This document shows, in pieces, positions 52,007 to 62,746 of a stretch of DNA of 64,000 nt (its first letter is position 1; the number at the start of each line of letters is the position of its first letter). Under the pieces are notes generated by a model. It was given only the letters and a program-made list of their open reading frames with translations. It did no database searches and was not told where the DNA came from. This DNA comes from Pseudogymnoascus verrucosus (Eukaryota). A program made the translations under genes and the position numbers. Location: NCBI GenBank assembly GCA_001662655.1, contig KV460218.1, one strand, 5' to 3'.

Positions 52007-52260
52007 TGTAGTTTTAGATGCAGGGCAAGGGAAGTGGTGGGAGAGGGGATGAATATATAGGAAACGGCACTAATGAGAATCTAACCTACTCGTACGATGG
52101 ACATCTCTAGCCATGGAGCTACTGGTTCGTCCGCAAATTACTAAAATGGGCTTCGACATAGTGGAAGGCCAGTCACCTCCATCCTGTCCACGGTTTCCTT
52201 CCGCTCAGCGTCCCGGCTAAGAAGCTAATTCTAGAACGTAGTACTCGTGCGGCCCTAAAG
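52007..52260 (-). promoter_or_regulatory. Duplicated upstream module, copy A
   Basis: Colinear similarity blocks to 53474-53770; TATA-like TATATA near 52054. Confidence 0.75.
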
Positions 52261-52394
52261 CCTTAATAGTTACTGTACATAATTAGAGTAATAAGAGTAA
52301 ATGCAATTAAAATAATATAAATAGCTAGTAACAAGTTGTTCATCCTTACATACACGAAAAGCCCTCTTTATTCGCCTGCCCGTCGCTCATCCTC

Positions 52395-53432
52395 CTACCT
52401 TTCTACTAAATGATCAAGTGCTGCACCTATATAATCTGTGAACTCTGTGAGGCCTTGAAAGCCTTTAACCCCTAGAGTGTTATTTCGTTCGACATTACCG
52501 TCTAACGTTAACATCAAGCTATACAGCCCATAAGATCTGTCAACCACAACGCCTATTTCTTGCCTCGCTTTATCCCTAAGCTGCTGTAAATTCTCATATA
52601 CTTCCTCATCCTGGCCAATCTCGGCTGTATTCATCACCTTGTAGAGAGCAGCTGTTAAGTAACTACCTCCTGTTGTTATAGATCTATCTCCTATGCGGAT
52701 ACCACTGCAATTCGCGCACTTCCCTTCTAACGAGGCTGCCTTTATAGCTGCAGTCTGGTCCATGGCTTTTCGAAGTCGCTCGTCGTATCGTTGTTTACTT
52801 TGGTAAATCTTCCTTTCGGTTTTATCCCAGAGATTATCGCTCATTGCCTTATAATTCTCGGCAGCTTCAAGTTTCGACTCGCGGAGGTCATCTTGTATTT
52901 TATGTGCCCCATCTAGTTGCTGAAGAGCACTGTCCCGGTCCCTATAATCCTCATCCCGTTGCTTGCGAGCATCATCTCGGTCCTTGCAAGCATCATCGCA
53001 ATTCTTCGAATACTGATCTCGTTGCTTAAGAGCATCATCTCTTTCCTTGAGAAGCTCCTCTAATTGCCGCTTGTTCTCTTGTCCCACAATACGCAGCTCT
53101 GACCGTTCCAGTTCAGGGCGCCCGTTAATAAACTCACGCAGTGCGCTGTGGAGTTTCTCTCGGGGGCTAGTGTTCGGAACTGCCTTTGAAGGCTCACTAT
53201 GCTTAAGCTTCGACGCTGTCGCTTCAGACTCTCGCTCACCATTATCGGTCTTCGAGTTCCTAACATCAGAATTCGGATTCTGAGTTTCTGAATTCCCAAA
53301 GCACGCCTTCCAGCTGTGCTTCACCACATACCAGACGAGGTGCGAAAGAATTCCTGCTAAAGTGATAATAACTGCGTCTCTAGTGCCATTGTCCATAGAC
53401 AGTACCGTAAAAGCTGCGTATAATTCAACCAT
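52395..53432 (-). CDS. Orphan protein with N-terminal hydrophobic helix, heptad repeats and C-terminal GKCxxC domain (paralog B)
   Basis: Intronless 345-aa ORF; TM-like AVIITLAGILSHLVWYVV; 7-aa repeats. Confidence 0.75.
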   Translation of the reverse strand: MVELYAAFTVLSMDNGTRDAVIITLAGILSHLVWYVVKHSWKACFGNSETQNPNSDVRNSKTDNGERESEATASKLKHSEPSKAVPNTSPREKLHSALREFINGRPELERSELRIVGQENKRQLEELLKERDDALKQRDQYSKNCDDACKDRDDARKQRDEDYRDRDSALQQLDGAHKIQDDLRESKLEAAENYKAMSDNLWDKTERKIYQSKQRYDERLRKAMDQTAAIKAASLEGKCANCSGIRIGDRSITTGGSYLTAALYKVMNTAEIGQDEEVYENLQQLRDKARQEIGVVVDRSYGLYSLMLTLDGNVERNNTLGVKGFQGLTEFTDYIGAALDHLVER

Positions 53433-53473
53433 CTTGCCTGTCGTCTGTCTTCTTAATTTCAGTGACTCTTAGT

Positions 53474-53770
53474 TGTAGTTTTAGATGGCAGATAATAAAA
53501 ATGGTGTGTGGAAGACCGAAGCATATATGGGAGCATACATGGGACATGAGACAGTAGGATGATAATTCCACCTAATCGTACCTTTTTGGCACTTACCTCT
53601 CTGGCTAGGAGCTAAATGCTTCGTCTGGTTAACTAAAATAGGCTTTATATAGTGAAAGGCTAATCATCTCCGTCCCTCACTAACGAAGCTAGTTACTGAC
53701 ATCAGCCCATCTTATAATTCGTTAGTAGCACCTACCTTGGTAACATTTCACTACTCGTCCTGCCTAAAAG
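53474..53770 (-). promoter_or_regulatory. Duplicated upstream module, copy B
   Basis: Colinear similarity blocks to 52007-52260. Confidence 0.75.
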
Positions 53771-54234
53771 TATGGAGAAGAACTGTGCACAGCACATACG
53801 TTCACAGAGACTATGGTTAAAATAAGGATTTATAGGCACTCGGAACTGTAATCAAAAATCCAGTTACTCATAATTAGAACGAGAGAGATAAACTCTATCA
53901 GCTCGAATCGCTAGTATCGATCCTCAGCCAAAGAGATACCTCGTCAGAATCCCAGGCGACGCGAGGACAATATTCACAAACAAGAACGATTTCACAGAGA
54001 AAGATAACTACTTTTGTACAGTACAGTAATATATATTCTCAAACAAGTCCAACCCAATGCTACCTCCTGATATATACCAGATGCAACGCTCGAAGCCAAC
54101 CTACGAAAAATGCTAAATGAAGCTCCCATCCCCCCCTTCCCCCTTCTCAGTTCCTCTACCCTCCCCCTCCAGCCACAGTAACTAATCACCGCCCTCCCAT
54201 CGAGAGACCCTCACACCCATCCCCCTCCCTTCAG

Positions 54235-55434
54235 CTACTCACCCCCATACTCCTCATCATCGTCCTCCTCCACCCCCACAACCGCCAACTCCGTCTCAAC
54301 CAACGCCCTAAACTCCGCCCTCCCCATCCCCGCCGCCCGTGCCAGACGATACAAACTCTTCACACTAGCCCCGATATGCTGCCTCACAGCAGTATCATGT
54401 CTCCCCTCTCTCTCCACCTTATCCTCTAACACCTCCACCGCCGCAGACCGTCCACTCGTACTCGATTCCGCCGAGCGCGGCCGCGGCTGCTCAAGCTGCG
54501 CGTCTCTCTCTCTCCCTGCCCGTTCTACTTCCGTAATACCATTCCCGTTCCCGTTGCTATGCACCGCAGGACTCACAAACTCCCGCTCATGCTGTGCACC
54601 AAGACTCGATTCCACTTCCCCATTTGCGCCCGCCTCGTCGGGATCATGTGCGTCCAGCGCGGGCTGCACATCAGCGTACTGTGCGAAGTATGCGTCCTCG
54701 GCTCCACCGTCAACTTGGGTATTCCCACTCACGGGTGCCTGGCGCACGCTCGCAGGCGCAGGAGATCTGTTATCCGGCCCTGGTGTCGCAGCGGGCGTAG
54801 CGTCATATTGAGCCCAATACGCCGCATCATCATCTTCATCGCCATCATCCTGTACCGGCTCCGCAACCGTAGGAATCACCACCGCCGCATCCCCATTCGT
54901 CTTCCCTGCCTTAAACGCCTGTTCTGCCGCCTCTAGGCTTTCAAACCACTCACCCTCACTCTCCCCCTCATTTTTCAGCACCCCCACCTCCCCAATCCTC
55001 CACCCATCCACCGGCCCCTCACTATCCCCAACACAATACACACACCTAACCCACAACCCGACCCCCCCAATCTCAATCCTCGCCCACATCGTCTCCGCAT
55101 CCACCCTCCTATACCTAACCCCCACCTCCCTCCCATCCTCCCAATCAACATCGACCTCCACCTCCCCGCTCACAGGGTGCGGCTCGAACTTCTCCCCATG
55201 CGCGAGCGCAATCAACTTCTCCCCCGTGTCGTCGCTGGCGTAAGTGAGGAGGGGGAGCCAGGGGGTGGTGGGCGAGGCGAGGAGCTTGACGCGTTGCCGG
55301 AGGATGGGGGAGAGGTGCGGGAGGAGAGGGGAGGGGGCGTGGGGGAGGGAGCCGGTGGGGAGGGCGGTGAGGAGGGGTTGGAGGAGGGTGGGGGGAGAGG
55401 GGGGGGAGAGGGGGAGGGGGATTGCTGATGGCAT
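54235..55434 (-). CDS. Conserved-looking fungal hypothetical protein
   Basis: 399-aa ORF with LSPILRQRVKLL, EPHPVSGEVE, YWAQYD, YFAQYADVQPALD, HIGASVKSLYRLAR. Confidence 0.8.
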   Translation of the reverse strand: MPSAIPLPLSPPSPPTLLQPLLTALPTGSLPHAPSPLLPHLSPILRQRVKLLASPTTPWLPLLTYASDDTGEKLIALAHGEKFEPHPVSGEVEVDVDWEDGREVGVRYRRVDAETMWARIEIGGVGLWVRCVYCVGDSEGPVDGWRIGEVGVLKNEGESEGEWFESLEAAEQAFKAGKTNGDAAVVIPTVAEPVQDDGDEDDDAAYWAQYDATPAATPGPDNRSPAPASVRQAPVSGNTQVDGGAEDAYFAQYADVQPALDAHDPDEAGANGEVESSLGAQHEREFVSPAVHSNGNGNGITEVERAGRERDAQLEQPRPRSAESSTSGRSAAVEVLEDKVEREGRHDTAVRQHIGASVKSLYRLARAAGMGRAEFRALVETELAVVGVEEDDDEEYGGE

Positions 55435-56171
55435 CGTTGTGGTTGTGTGGTGGTGCGCTGGGCGCGGAGGGTTGTTGGAGGTTGAAAAGTTGTGATGATG
55501 CTGGGTGAGGTAGGATTTTTATTCGAGAGTGTGGGTGTAGTTGTTTCGTGGTGTGTTTTCGTGGAAGTTGGATCGTCTTTTATTGCTTGAGCTGCAGTTG
55601 ACTTGTGATCGTGGTAGCACCTTGTAGCTGCGTCCAGGATTTTCTCTCCCCCTTTACTTGTCTCGTCGTGTCTCAGTCTCGTCCTTGATTTCCTGTCGTC
55701 CAATGTCTTCTTGTCAAACCCTTCAGCAAAAAGAACAAATCAGGAGATATCGTTTAGTCGGACAAGAAACACCCTTCTACTCGGATCACAAGCGTCCCAA
55801 AATCACTCCATCCACTCTCCCTCCCTTCACCCGAACGATAAACGAGAACCAGGCTGCGCTTCAGCCTTGTTGGACCCTGTCAGGTGACGTAATGCCGGCG
55901 CGGTGATTCGTGGGTGGGCGGTCGCAGGGGTGGGTTCGGAATGGATGAGCGGAAGTGCTACATGGTCCGTGCGTTTTGCTTGGCGAAAGGCGCCGGGGAG
56001 GGGGGAGCGGCAATGGAGAACGGGAGGGGGCGGCGAGGCCAGGCCAGGACAGGGGGTTGTGATTAGGGGCTGAACAACTCTAGGTCGTCTCGAATTATGG
56101 GATTACTGTTATTATTTATATTATTTTGATATATTTATATATTCCCTATTTATTAACTAGTAACTAATCAT

Positions 56172-57857
56172 TTATACCCGATCCTCAACCCTCACAGGCT
56201 CCCTCATCGGTTCAACCCCCTCCTCATCCTCATCCCCATCCCTCACCCCACCATCCCCATAATCCGCCTCACTCCTCTCCCCCACCTCCTCCTTCGCCCC
56301 CCTATCCCCCATCTCCCACCCGTCCACCTTATCCTTCACCTCCCTCCTCCTCTGCCTCCTCTGCCTCCTCGAACAAAAAACCATCACCGCAACCCCTAAC
56401 AAAACCACAAACCCCGCCGCCCCCAGCCCAAGCCCCAGCTCCAAAGCCGTCGTTCCCTTCTTCTTCTTCTTCCCCCCTCCCCCATCTCCACCCCCATTCT
56501 TCCCATTCTTCCCCTTCCCCTCCTCCTTCCTCCCCCTCTCCAACCCCTCCAAAAACGTAGGACAGAAGACTTGGCCCCCCCCACAAACCTCACACCACTC
56601 CCCGACCCCCTTCCCCACCTCCCGCATCTCCTTCTCAAACTCCTCAAACTGCATATCCCCCTTCCCCCTCCCCCTCCCAAAAAGCGGGTACCCCACCAAC
56701 CTCGCCCCCTCCGCCGTGCCATTGCGGTACAAAAACCTAACCCACAGATCTTCCTTCCCCGGTCTCCCAGCCTCAGGGTCAGTGTGGGAGAAGACTTCGA
56801 AGACCATCATACTCCCCGGCTCCACGACGCCTTTGAAGCGCGCATCGTGGTCTGCGAGCCCGGAGATAGCTGAGAACCCCACGAACGGGGCGGACGAACT
56901 AAACAACAAATTCAGCTCCCCCGGCCTCTCCGACGTCGTCGCGCGACTCAAAAGATAAAGAACGCGCTCCGCAAACGTCCGCCCAGCAATAGGTTTCAAA
57001 ACCCCATCCTCCTCGCTATCCCCCCCACTACCCCTCCTAACCCCATGAACACCCCACCCCCTCATCCCCGCCAGCGCCCTCAACCTCGCCAGCGCAGCCG
57101 CAGGCAACGTCGCAGCAACAGAGGAATTATGCAGCGTCGCATACGCGGCATACTCATACAGTTGCGGCGCATTATGGTAACTAACCATCATCTCCGGTAC
57201 CACCCCCGCAAACACCCCCGGGACCAAGGACTTGAAAAACCCCTCGCTGGTCTGGGTGGTGTTGATGTACTCGCTGCTGTTGATTTGGGCTGCGGTGCTG
57301 AGGGCGTGTAAACCGCACCGATCAGACCCAGCAACCCAGATGTGATTCCAATCCCCACCCCCCGCCGTCTCGACGCGGCCATACTGATACCCCCCCAACG
57401 GCGCCAGCCACCCTCCACCCCCCGCTTTGGGACTCCCGCCCACTGCGGCCGGCGCGTCGACGGGGGGATACAAGCCCTGCAGAAACGCCCACGCGCTCGC
57501 GACGACTGGTTGTTCTGGCGCAGAAAGGACATGGACGCGTTGGTTATCGATGTAATTTCTGTGAAACCCGTGTAAAGGGACAAAAGAGGTATTGTGCGCC
57601 GAAGGACCAGTGAGGTAGCGACGCCGCATTAGGGAGCCGGAGGAGTGGGCTTGTAGGGCGCCGAGGGGGTTGAGGGAGGGGTTGGTGGGGTGGGTGAGGA
57701 GGGGGCGCCGCTCGCCGTGGTGGGCGAGGATTAGGGAGGTCCAGGCTGTGAGGGGCCGGTTGGGGGGGAATTGGGATTGTGGCGGTGAGTGCTGGGAGAG
57801 GGTGGTAGAGAGGAGGAGGAGGAGGATGCAGAGGAGGTGGGTTATGTAGGATGCCAT
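56172..57857 (-). CDS. Histidine phosphatase superfamily-like type I membrane protein, degenerate active site
   Basis: Signal peptide from ATG 57857; HHGERRP, LNPLGALQAHSSGSLMRRRY, SAWAFLQGLYPP, GSMMVFE, WVRFLYRNGT, WCEVC; C-terminal TM helix followed by RRQRRQRR. Confidence 0.85.
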   Translation of the reverse strand: MASYITHLLCILLLLLSTTLSQHSPPQSQFPPNRPLTAWTSLILAHHGERRPLLTHPTNPSLNPLGALQAHSSGSLMRRRYLTGPSAHNTSFVPLHGFHRNYIDNQRVHVLSAPEQPVVASAWAFLQGLYPPVDAPAAVGGSPKAGGGGWLAPLGGYQYGRVETAGGGDWNHIWVAGSDRCGLHALSTAAQINSSEYINTTQTSEGFFKSLVPGVFAGVVPEMMVSYHNAPQLYEYAAYATLHNSSVAATLPAAALARLRALAGMRGWGVHGVRRGSGGDSEEDGVLKPIAGRTFAERVLYLLSRATTSERPGELNLLFSSSAPFVGFSAISGLADHDARFKGVVEPGSMMVFEVFSHTDPEAGRPGKEDLWVRFLYRNGTAEGARLVGYPLFGRGRGKGDMQFEEFEKEMREVGKGVGEWCEVCGGGQVFCPTFLEGLERGRKEEGKGKNGKNGGGDGGGGKKKKKGTTALELGLGLGAAGFVVLLGVAVMVFCSRRQRRQRRREVKDKVDGWEMGDRGAKEEVGERSEADYGDGGVRDGDEDEEGVEPMREPVRVEDRV

Positions 57858-58638
57858 GATGGTGGCAGTTGAGCGAGTGTATGTGCTTTTGAACGAGTGT
57901 CTGTAGTGGTGATAGAAATGATAATGAGAAGTGACTGAGAGAAAAGGAGGAAAGAGAAAGCCAACAAGAAGACCATAAACGGGGAACACCTAGACGCAAT
58001 GAAAATAACAGACCAGACCTTAATAATCGTAACACACCTCCCCATAAAGAGGCCATGTTAGACCATCACATACCTTGGTAAAAACCGTAAATGGCGTGAA
58101 GCTATCCCCACGCCGGTGATGTTAGTTAGTGGTAGTGAGAGATGCTTATTCTCGTCCCATCCCCTCTTGGTGCCTGGGATCAGGCGACTGGCTTTGAGTG
58201 TTTGAAATGCGAGATCGGCGGGATAGAGTTCAGGACTGAATATCCAGATACGAGGACCTGTATTCTCCATATCATGTCTTGGTTCCTGTCATCAGCCAAC
58301 TCCCTGTCAGTCCCTATCATCCCTCTCCTCCCTCCCAGTATCCAGCCTCCCAACCCCCACCATCACCATTCCAGACCCTCAGAGCCCATAACAAACCATC
58401 AAAACCTGAGGACCTGTACTCCCTACCCTACCGCATCAGTAACTCACCTCCCCTCCCACCAATGTTCAGTTCCCAAAAAGCTCGTGGTGGTGTGATGAAG
58501 TCCCAACACCCATCTCACGCACTACAGTTAGCGTTGCACCGCCCACACGCGGGTAAGCACCCGCTAGCGCGACAATAAGGTTGAGACGCTCACTGCTGAA
58601 GGATCGCGGGAGTGAGAACTTTACACTTATCATAACAA

Positions 58639-58669
58639 CAGTCACTCAGTCACTCAGTCACTCAGTCAC
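58639..58669. repeat. (CAGTCACT)n tandem repeat
   Basis: About four 8-bp units in the ALDH 3' region. Confidence 0.85.
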
Positions 58670-58801
58670 CCACATAACCCCTCTATCTCATAGAAATCAT
58701 TGATTCAATTTTGCTACTACCAGTAAGCTATCGTACTCATTTAATCCCACGTAAACCCTTATTCCCCCATCCCATTTCCTTTTTCCCATTCCCAAACACA
58801 C

Positions 58802-60421
58802 TTAACCGAAAAGCGCATCCCCAAGACGAATCGACACCGTCTTCGTCTGGGTGTAGTTCGCCAACGCCGCCTCACCAAGCTCACGTCCCATACCCGACTC
58901 CTTGTACCCTCCAAACGGCGCCTGGTGGTGAATCATGTTGTACGAGTTGACCCACACGGTACCCGCACGGATAGAGTTCGCCACGCGCAGCGCAGTGTTG
59001 AGGTTGGTAGTGTGCACCGCAGACGCAAGACCGTAGTTGGAGCCGTTGCTCTTGGCAATAGCCTCCTCCTCAGTCTTGAACTTGGAGATAGTGCAGACAG
59101 GGCCAAAGATCTCCTCCTGGACAATCTTCATGTCCTCAGTGACATCCGAGAAGATGGTAGGCTGGATGAAGTATCCGACATCGCCGTGGCGACCACCACC
59201 AGTGGTGACGGTAGCGCCAGCCTTCTTGCCCTCATCAATGTATCCCATGATACGGTCGAACTGGAGCTGCGAGACCTGGGGTCCCTGGAAGGTCTCCGGG
59301 TGGAATGGGTCACCGACCTTGTTCGCCTCTGCGCGCTCCTTGAAGCGAGCGATGAACTTGTCGTAGATGCCCTCCTGGACGTAGATGCGGGATCCGGCGC
59401 AGCAGCACTGGCCGTGATTGAAGAAGATGCCAAAGTTGACCCAAGAGATGGCGTTGTCGATGTCGGCGTCGTCGAAGACGATGTTGGGGGACTTGCCTCC
59501 AAGCTCGAGGGTGACCTTCTTGAGGTTGGAGTCCGCGGCGGCCTTGAGGATCATGCGGCCGACGATGGTGGAGCCGGTGAAGGCGACCTTGTCGACGTCC
59601 ATGTGCGAGGAGAGGGCGGCGCCGGCGGTCTTGCCGAAACCGGAGATGATGTTGATGACTCCGGGAGGGAAGCCAGCCTCCTTGATCAGCTTGGCGGCGA
59701 ACAGGGCGGAGAGAGGGGTCTGCTCGGCGGTCTTGAGGACGACGGTGTTACCGGTGGCGATGGCTGGGCCGATCTTCCACGACCACATGAGGATTGGGAA
59801 GTTCCATGGGATGATTTGTCCACAGACACCGATCTGGTTGGTGTTAGTATGTTGGAGGAGAGGGAACAGAGTTGCTCGGGACTACTTACAGCCTCCTGGC
59901 GTGTGTATGTGAAGGTATCTGTGTTGGTGTCGATGGTCTTGCCCTCGATCTTGTCGGACCAGCCGCCGTAGTACCTCAAGCAGCCGACCGCAGCGGCGAC
60001 ATCACCCTTGGCCATGGAGATGGCCTTTCCGTTGTCGAGCGACTCGATGGCAGCCAGCTGGTCGAGGTTCGCCTCCATCAGCTCGGACAGCTTGACGAGC
60101 AGCTTGCCACGGGCCTCGGGTGTGACCTTGCTCCACTCGCCATTGAATGCTGCCCTGGCGGCGGCAACGGCGACGTCGACATCCTTCTCGGTGGCCTCGG
60201 CGACGGAGCAGATGACCTTCTCGGTGGCGGGGTTGATGACCTCGAAGGACTTCTTGTCTACGCCCTCGATGAACTCATTGTTGATGAAGCTGTGAAGAGG
60301 GGGTTAGTTAGTTGACTGTTTGTGGTGTTTCGGGAGGGACGGAGGGGGGGGAGTAAACGTACAGTCCAGTTGGCTGTTGGTACTTGCCGTTGGACGGGGT
60401 CTCAAGCTCGATGGTAGCCAT
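58802..60421 (-). CDS. aldA: Aldehyde dehydrogenase (AldA-like)
   Basis: Exons 60421-60363, 60289-59890, 59833-58802. Motifs [51 protein letters not shown]. Confidence 0.96.
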
Positions 60422-62174
60422 TACGTCGTTGATATCGTGAAGTTCGTAGGATAGCTTGGTATGAAATGGAAAAGAAGTTTTGTTTTGGGGGTATTTAGTT
60501 GTTTAATAAAGGAAGAAAGATGAGAGAGGAGGAAGAGGAGAGTAGTAGTAGATTTCGTTCGGGAGAAGTACGGTTTCACTCAATGGGTTAGAAGAGGGGG
60601 AGGGGTTGAGGTAGAGAAGGGGGGGGGGGCGATATAGGTGGATAGGTGGGTATGTGTGTTGGAGGAGGTTAGAGGTGGTTAGAGGTTTGGTTTGTACCGC
60701 ATTGTACGTTAAAGGCGGGGTCATATGAGCCATCTGAGCAGGAGCTTCCCCTTAGTCCGGTGGTCGACAAAGTACCGATGACATCTGTAGACTACAGGTG
60801 CTGTAGAGGCATTCGGTCTACCGGTATAAATGTCGCCGGGTATGAACCCCTCTATAGAGACGATGGAGACTAAACTCTCTAAGAGCGAGAATATTTGATT
60901 CCGTCTAATTCCTAGTATAGAATCTCCATATAAATTCGGGTTATTTGCGACGAGCGTACACCTAGACGTACGATAATAATAAATTGTCTCCATTGACACT
61001 CCTACAGGTTCTCCTACAGGTACAAGTTTCATCGGTCGGCGTCTATTATCGGATGCGGGCTATGGTCGGGTGTACAATTAGAAATGCTCTGCGACCCCTC
61101 TTTCCGCATCCGTGAAACAGACAAGAAGTTACTGGTTACTGGTTACTGGTTACTGCAGTTTACAAGGTTGACTACTAACTACTTACCCCAGACCCCGTTG
61201 GTCCTCGGCATTTATGGATGGCATTCATTGGTTCGGGATCGAGCTGCAGCAGTAAGCAGGATACAGCGGCGACAATTCCCATGCGGAGTATATTCATACG
61301 TACGTATGAATATTGAGGGGTGGTATGGAGTGTAGATGGGGTCTATATGGGGTTGTATATGGGAGTGTATATGGAGTGTTACGGGCTAAGCTTAGTAGCT
61401 AGTAGCTAGTAGCTAGTAAGGTCGATGAGTTCGATAGTACTGCATGTCACTGTATGGTATGTACATACAACGAACGATTCGGGATCTGAGTGTCATCGCT
61501 GCAACCAACGCGGTAACCAACGCGGCAAGGGTCCACGGAGGGAAGGAGCGATGCGGTACGATTCGGTACGAGTCGGCCAGGGCGAGAGAGAGAGACAGAC
61601 AAGTGCGAGTCGCACTGGATTGTATTATTGTATTATTGTAGTGCTTTGTATTGTACTTCTATCTCGAGTATACTGCAGCATTACACCTACGATAATACGG
61701 CAAGTTGGGGATAAATGGGAAAACTATATGTCCGCTCAAGGGCCGAGCTAGGAGTAGGAAAACACAGCCAAGACGGTTGATATAGGCGTTCTCTACTACA
61801 GTATGTTCTGTTTATATCCGTTCTATAGGTCTATAGGTCTATAGGTTCTATAAGTTCTATATATACTCCTACGAGTTTCATGAGTATACTATACATACAC
61901 TCCTTCCAAACTATAGCATGTCTAGTATTACACACCGTATACACCGCACACTCCTAACAGACCGCTGATTACTATACATACGTTTGCATGAACAGGTGCG
62001 GGTCAGATGGATCCAATATCAATGGGTCTGGCTCGATGGGGCTCCGACTCCAAGACTCCAATACATCATGAACTTGCTTTGTAACCCACTCTACTAGTAT
62101 CAGCCACGTGCGAGTCGCACTTGCACTTGATAGAGAGGAGGAGGAGGGAGTCCGATATCAAGAGTCAATTAATG

Positions 62175-62300
62175 GTCACGTGTATGTTTACACTTTTATC
62201 ACGTGAATTTCGATCGAGTTGATCACGTGTATTTATGTCATAATTATCACGTGAATTTTAATTAAGTTTATCACGTGCCTTGTATCAGTCTAATCACGTG
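62175..62300. promoter_or_regulatory. Phased array of six RTCACGTG (E-box/CDEI-like) sites
   Basis: CACGTG at 62177, 62200, 62224, 62248, 62272, 62295. Confidence 0.8.
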
Positions 62301-62746
62301 GTTCCAACGGTCTCTCTACCTGCCTAACTGTTATAATCGCACTGTACTGGGCAAAGAGATCTATAGAGACCGTAAACACCCAAGTAAATTTCAGAGCCTC
62401 CATATATATTTTATAAAACATTCTACGTCCAACTGTACAAACTTACCAATTAATTTTCTCCAAATAAATATTATTTTTTCCCCTTCCCTGATTGTTCGTT
62501 GGTGTATCTCCAATGCGAGGGCACGGGCAAAAGCGACAGGTCTCGCTGATTGGGGCTATGAGCTAATGGACGGGCCGGCGTTTTGCGCGCCGGCGGGAAA
62601 GAAGTAAGTGAGGAGAGAGGAGTCGGCAGTTCCTTACCAAAAGAACTTCTCACCCGCTTTTGCTCGCTCTCGATCTCGCTCTCAACACCAACGTCTACGT
62701 CTACCGATCCCCCTCACGAGACAGCATAGGGCCGGCCACCACCGAT

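Noticed and set aside
50062..53432. Transposon or viral origin for the orphan pair
   Set aside because: No transposase, RT, integrase or gag motifs, terminal repeats or target-site duplication seen; cannot be excluded without a search
58925..59971. 348-aa ORF on + strand
   Set aside because: Antisense shadow of the strongly codon-biased aldehyde dehydrogenase gene
61050..61112. CGGATGCGG...CCGCATCCG inverted repeat as an AlcR site for aldA
   Set aside because: Contains TGCGG half-sites, but the 45-bp spacer is far longer than in closely spaced AlcR sites; insufficient support
62175..62300. CRISPR array or point centromere interpretation of the CACGTG array
   Set aside because: Repeat is only 8 bp, host is a eukaryote, no cas genes; no CDEII/CDEIII arrangement recognised and filamentous ascomycetes have regional centromeres
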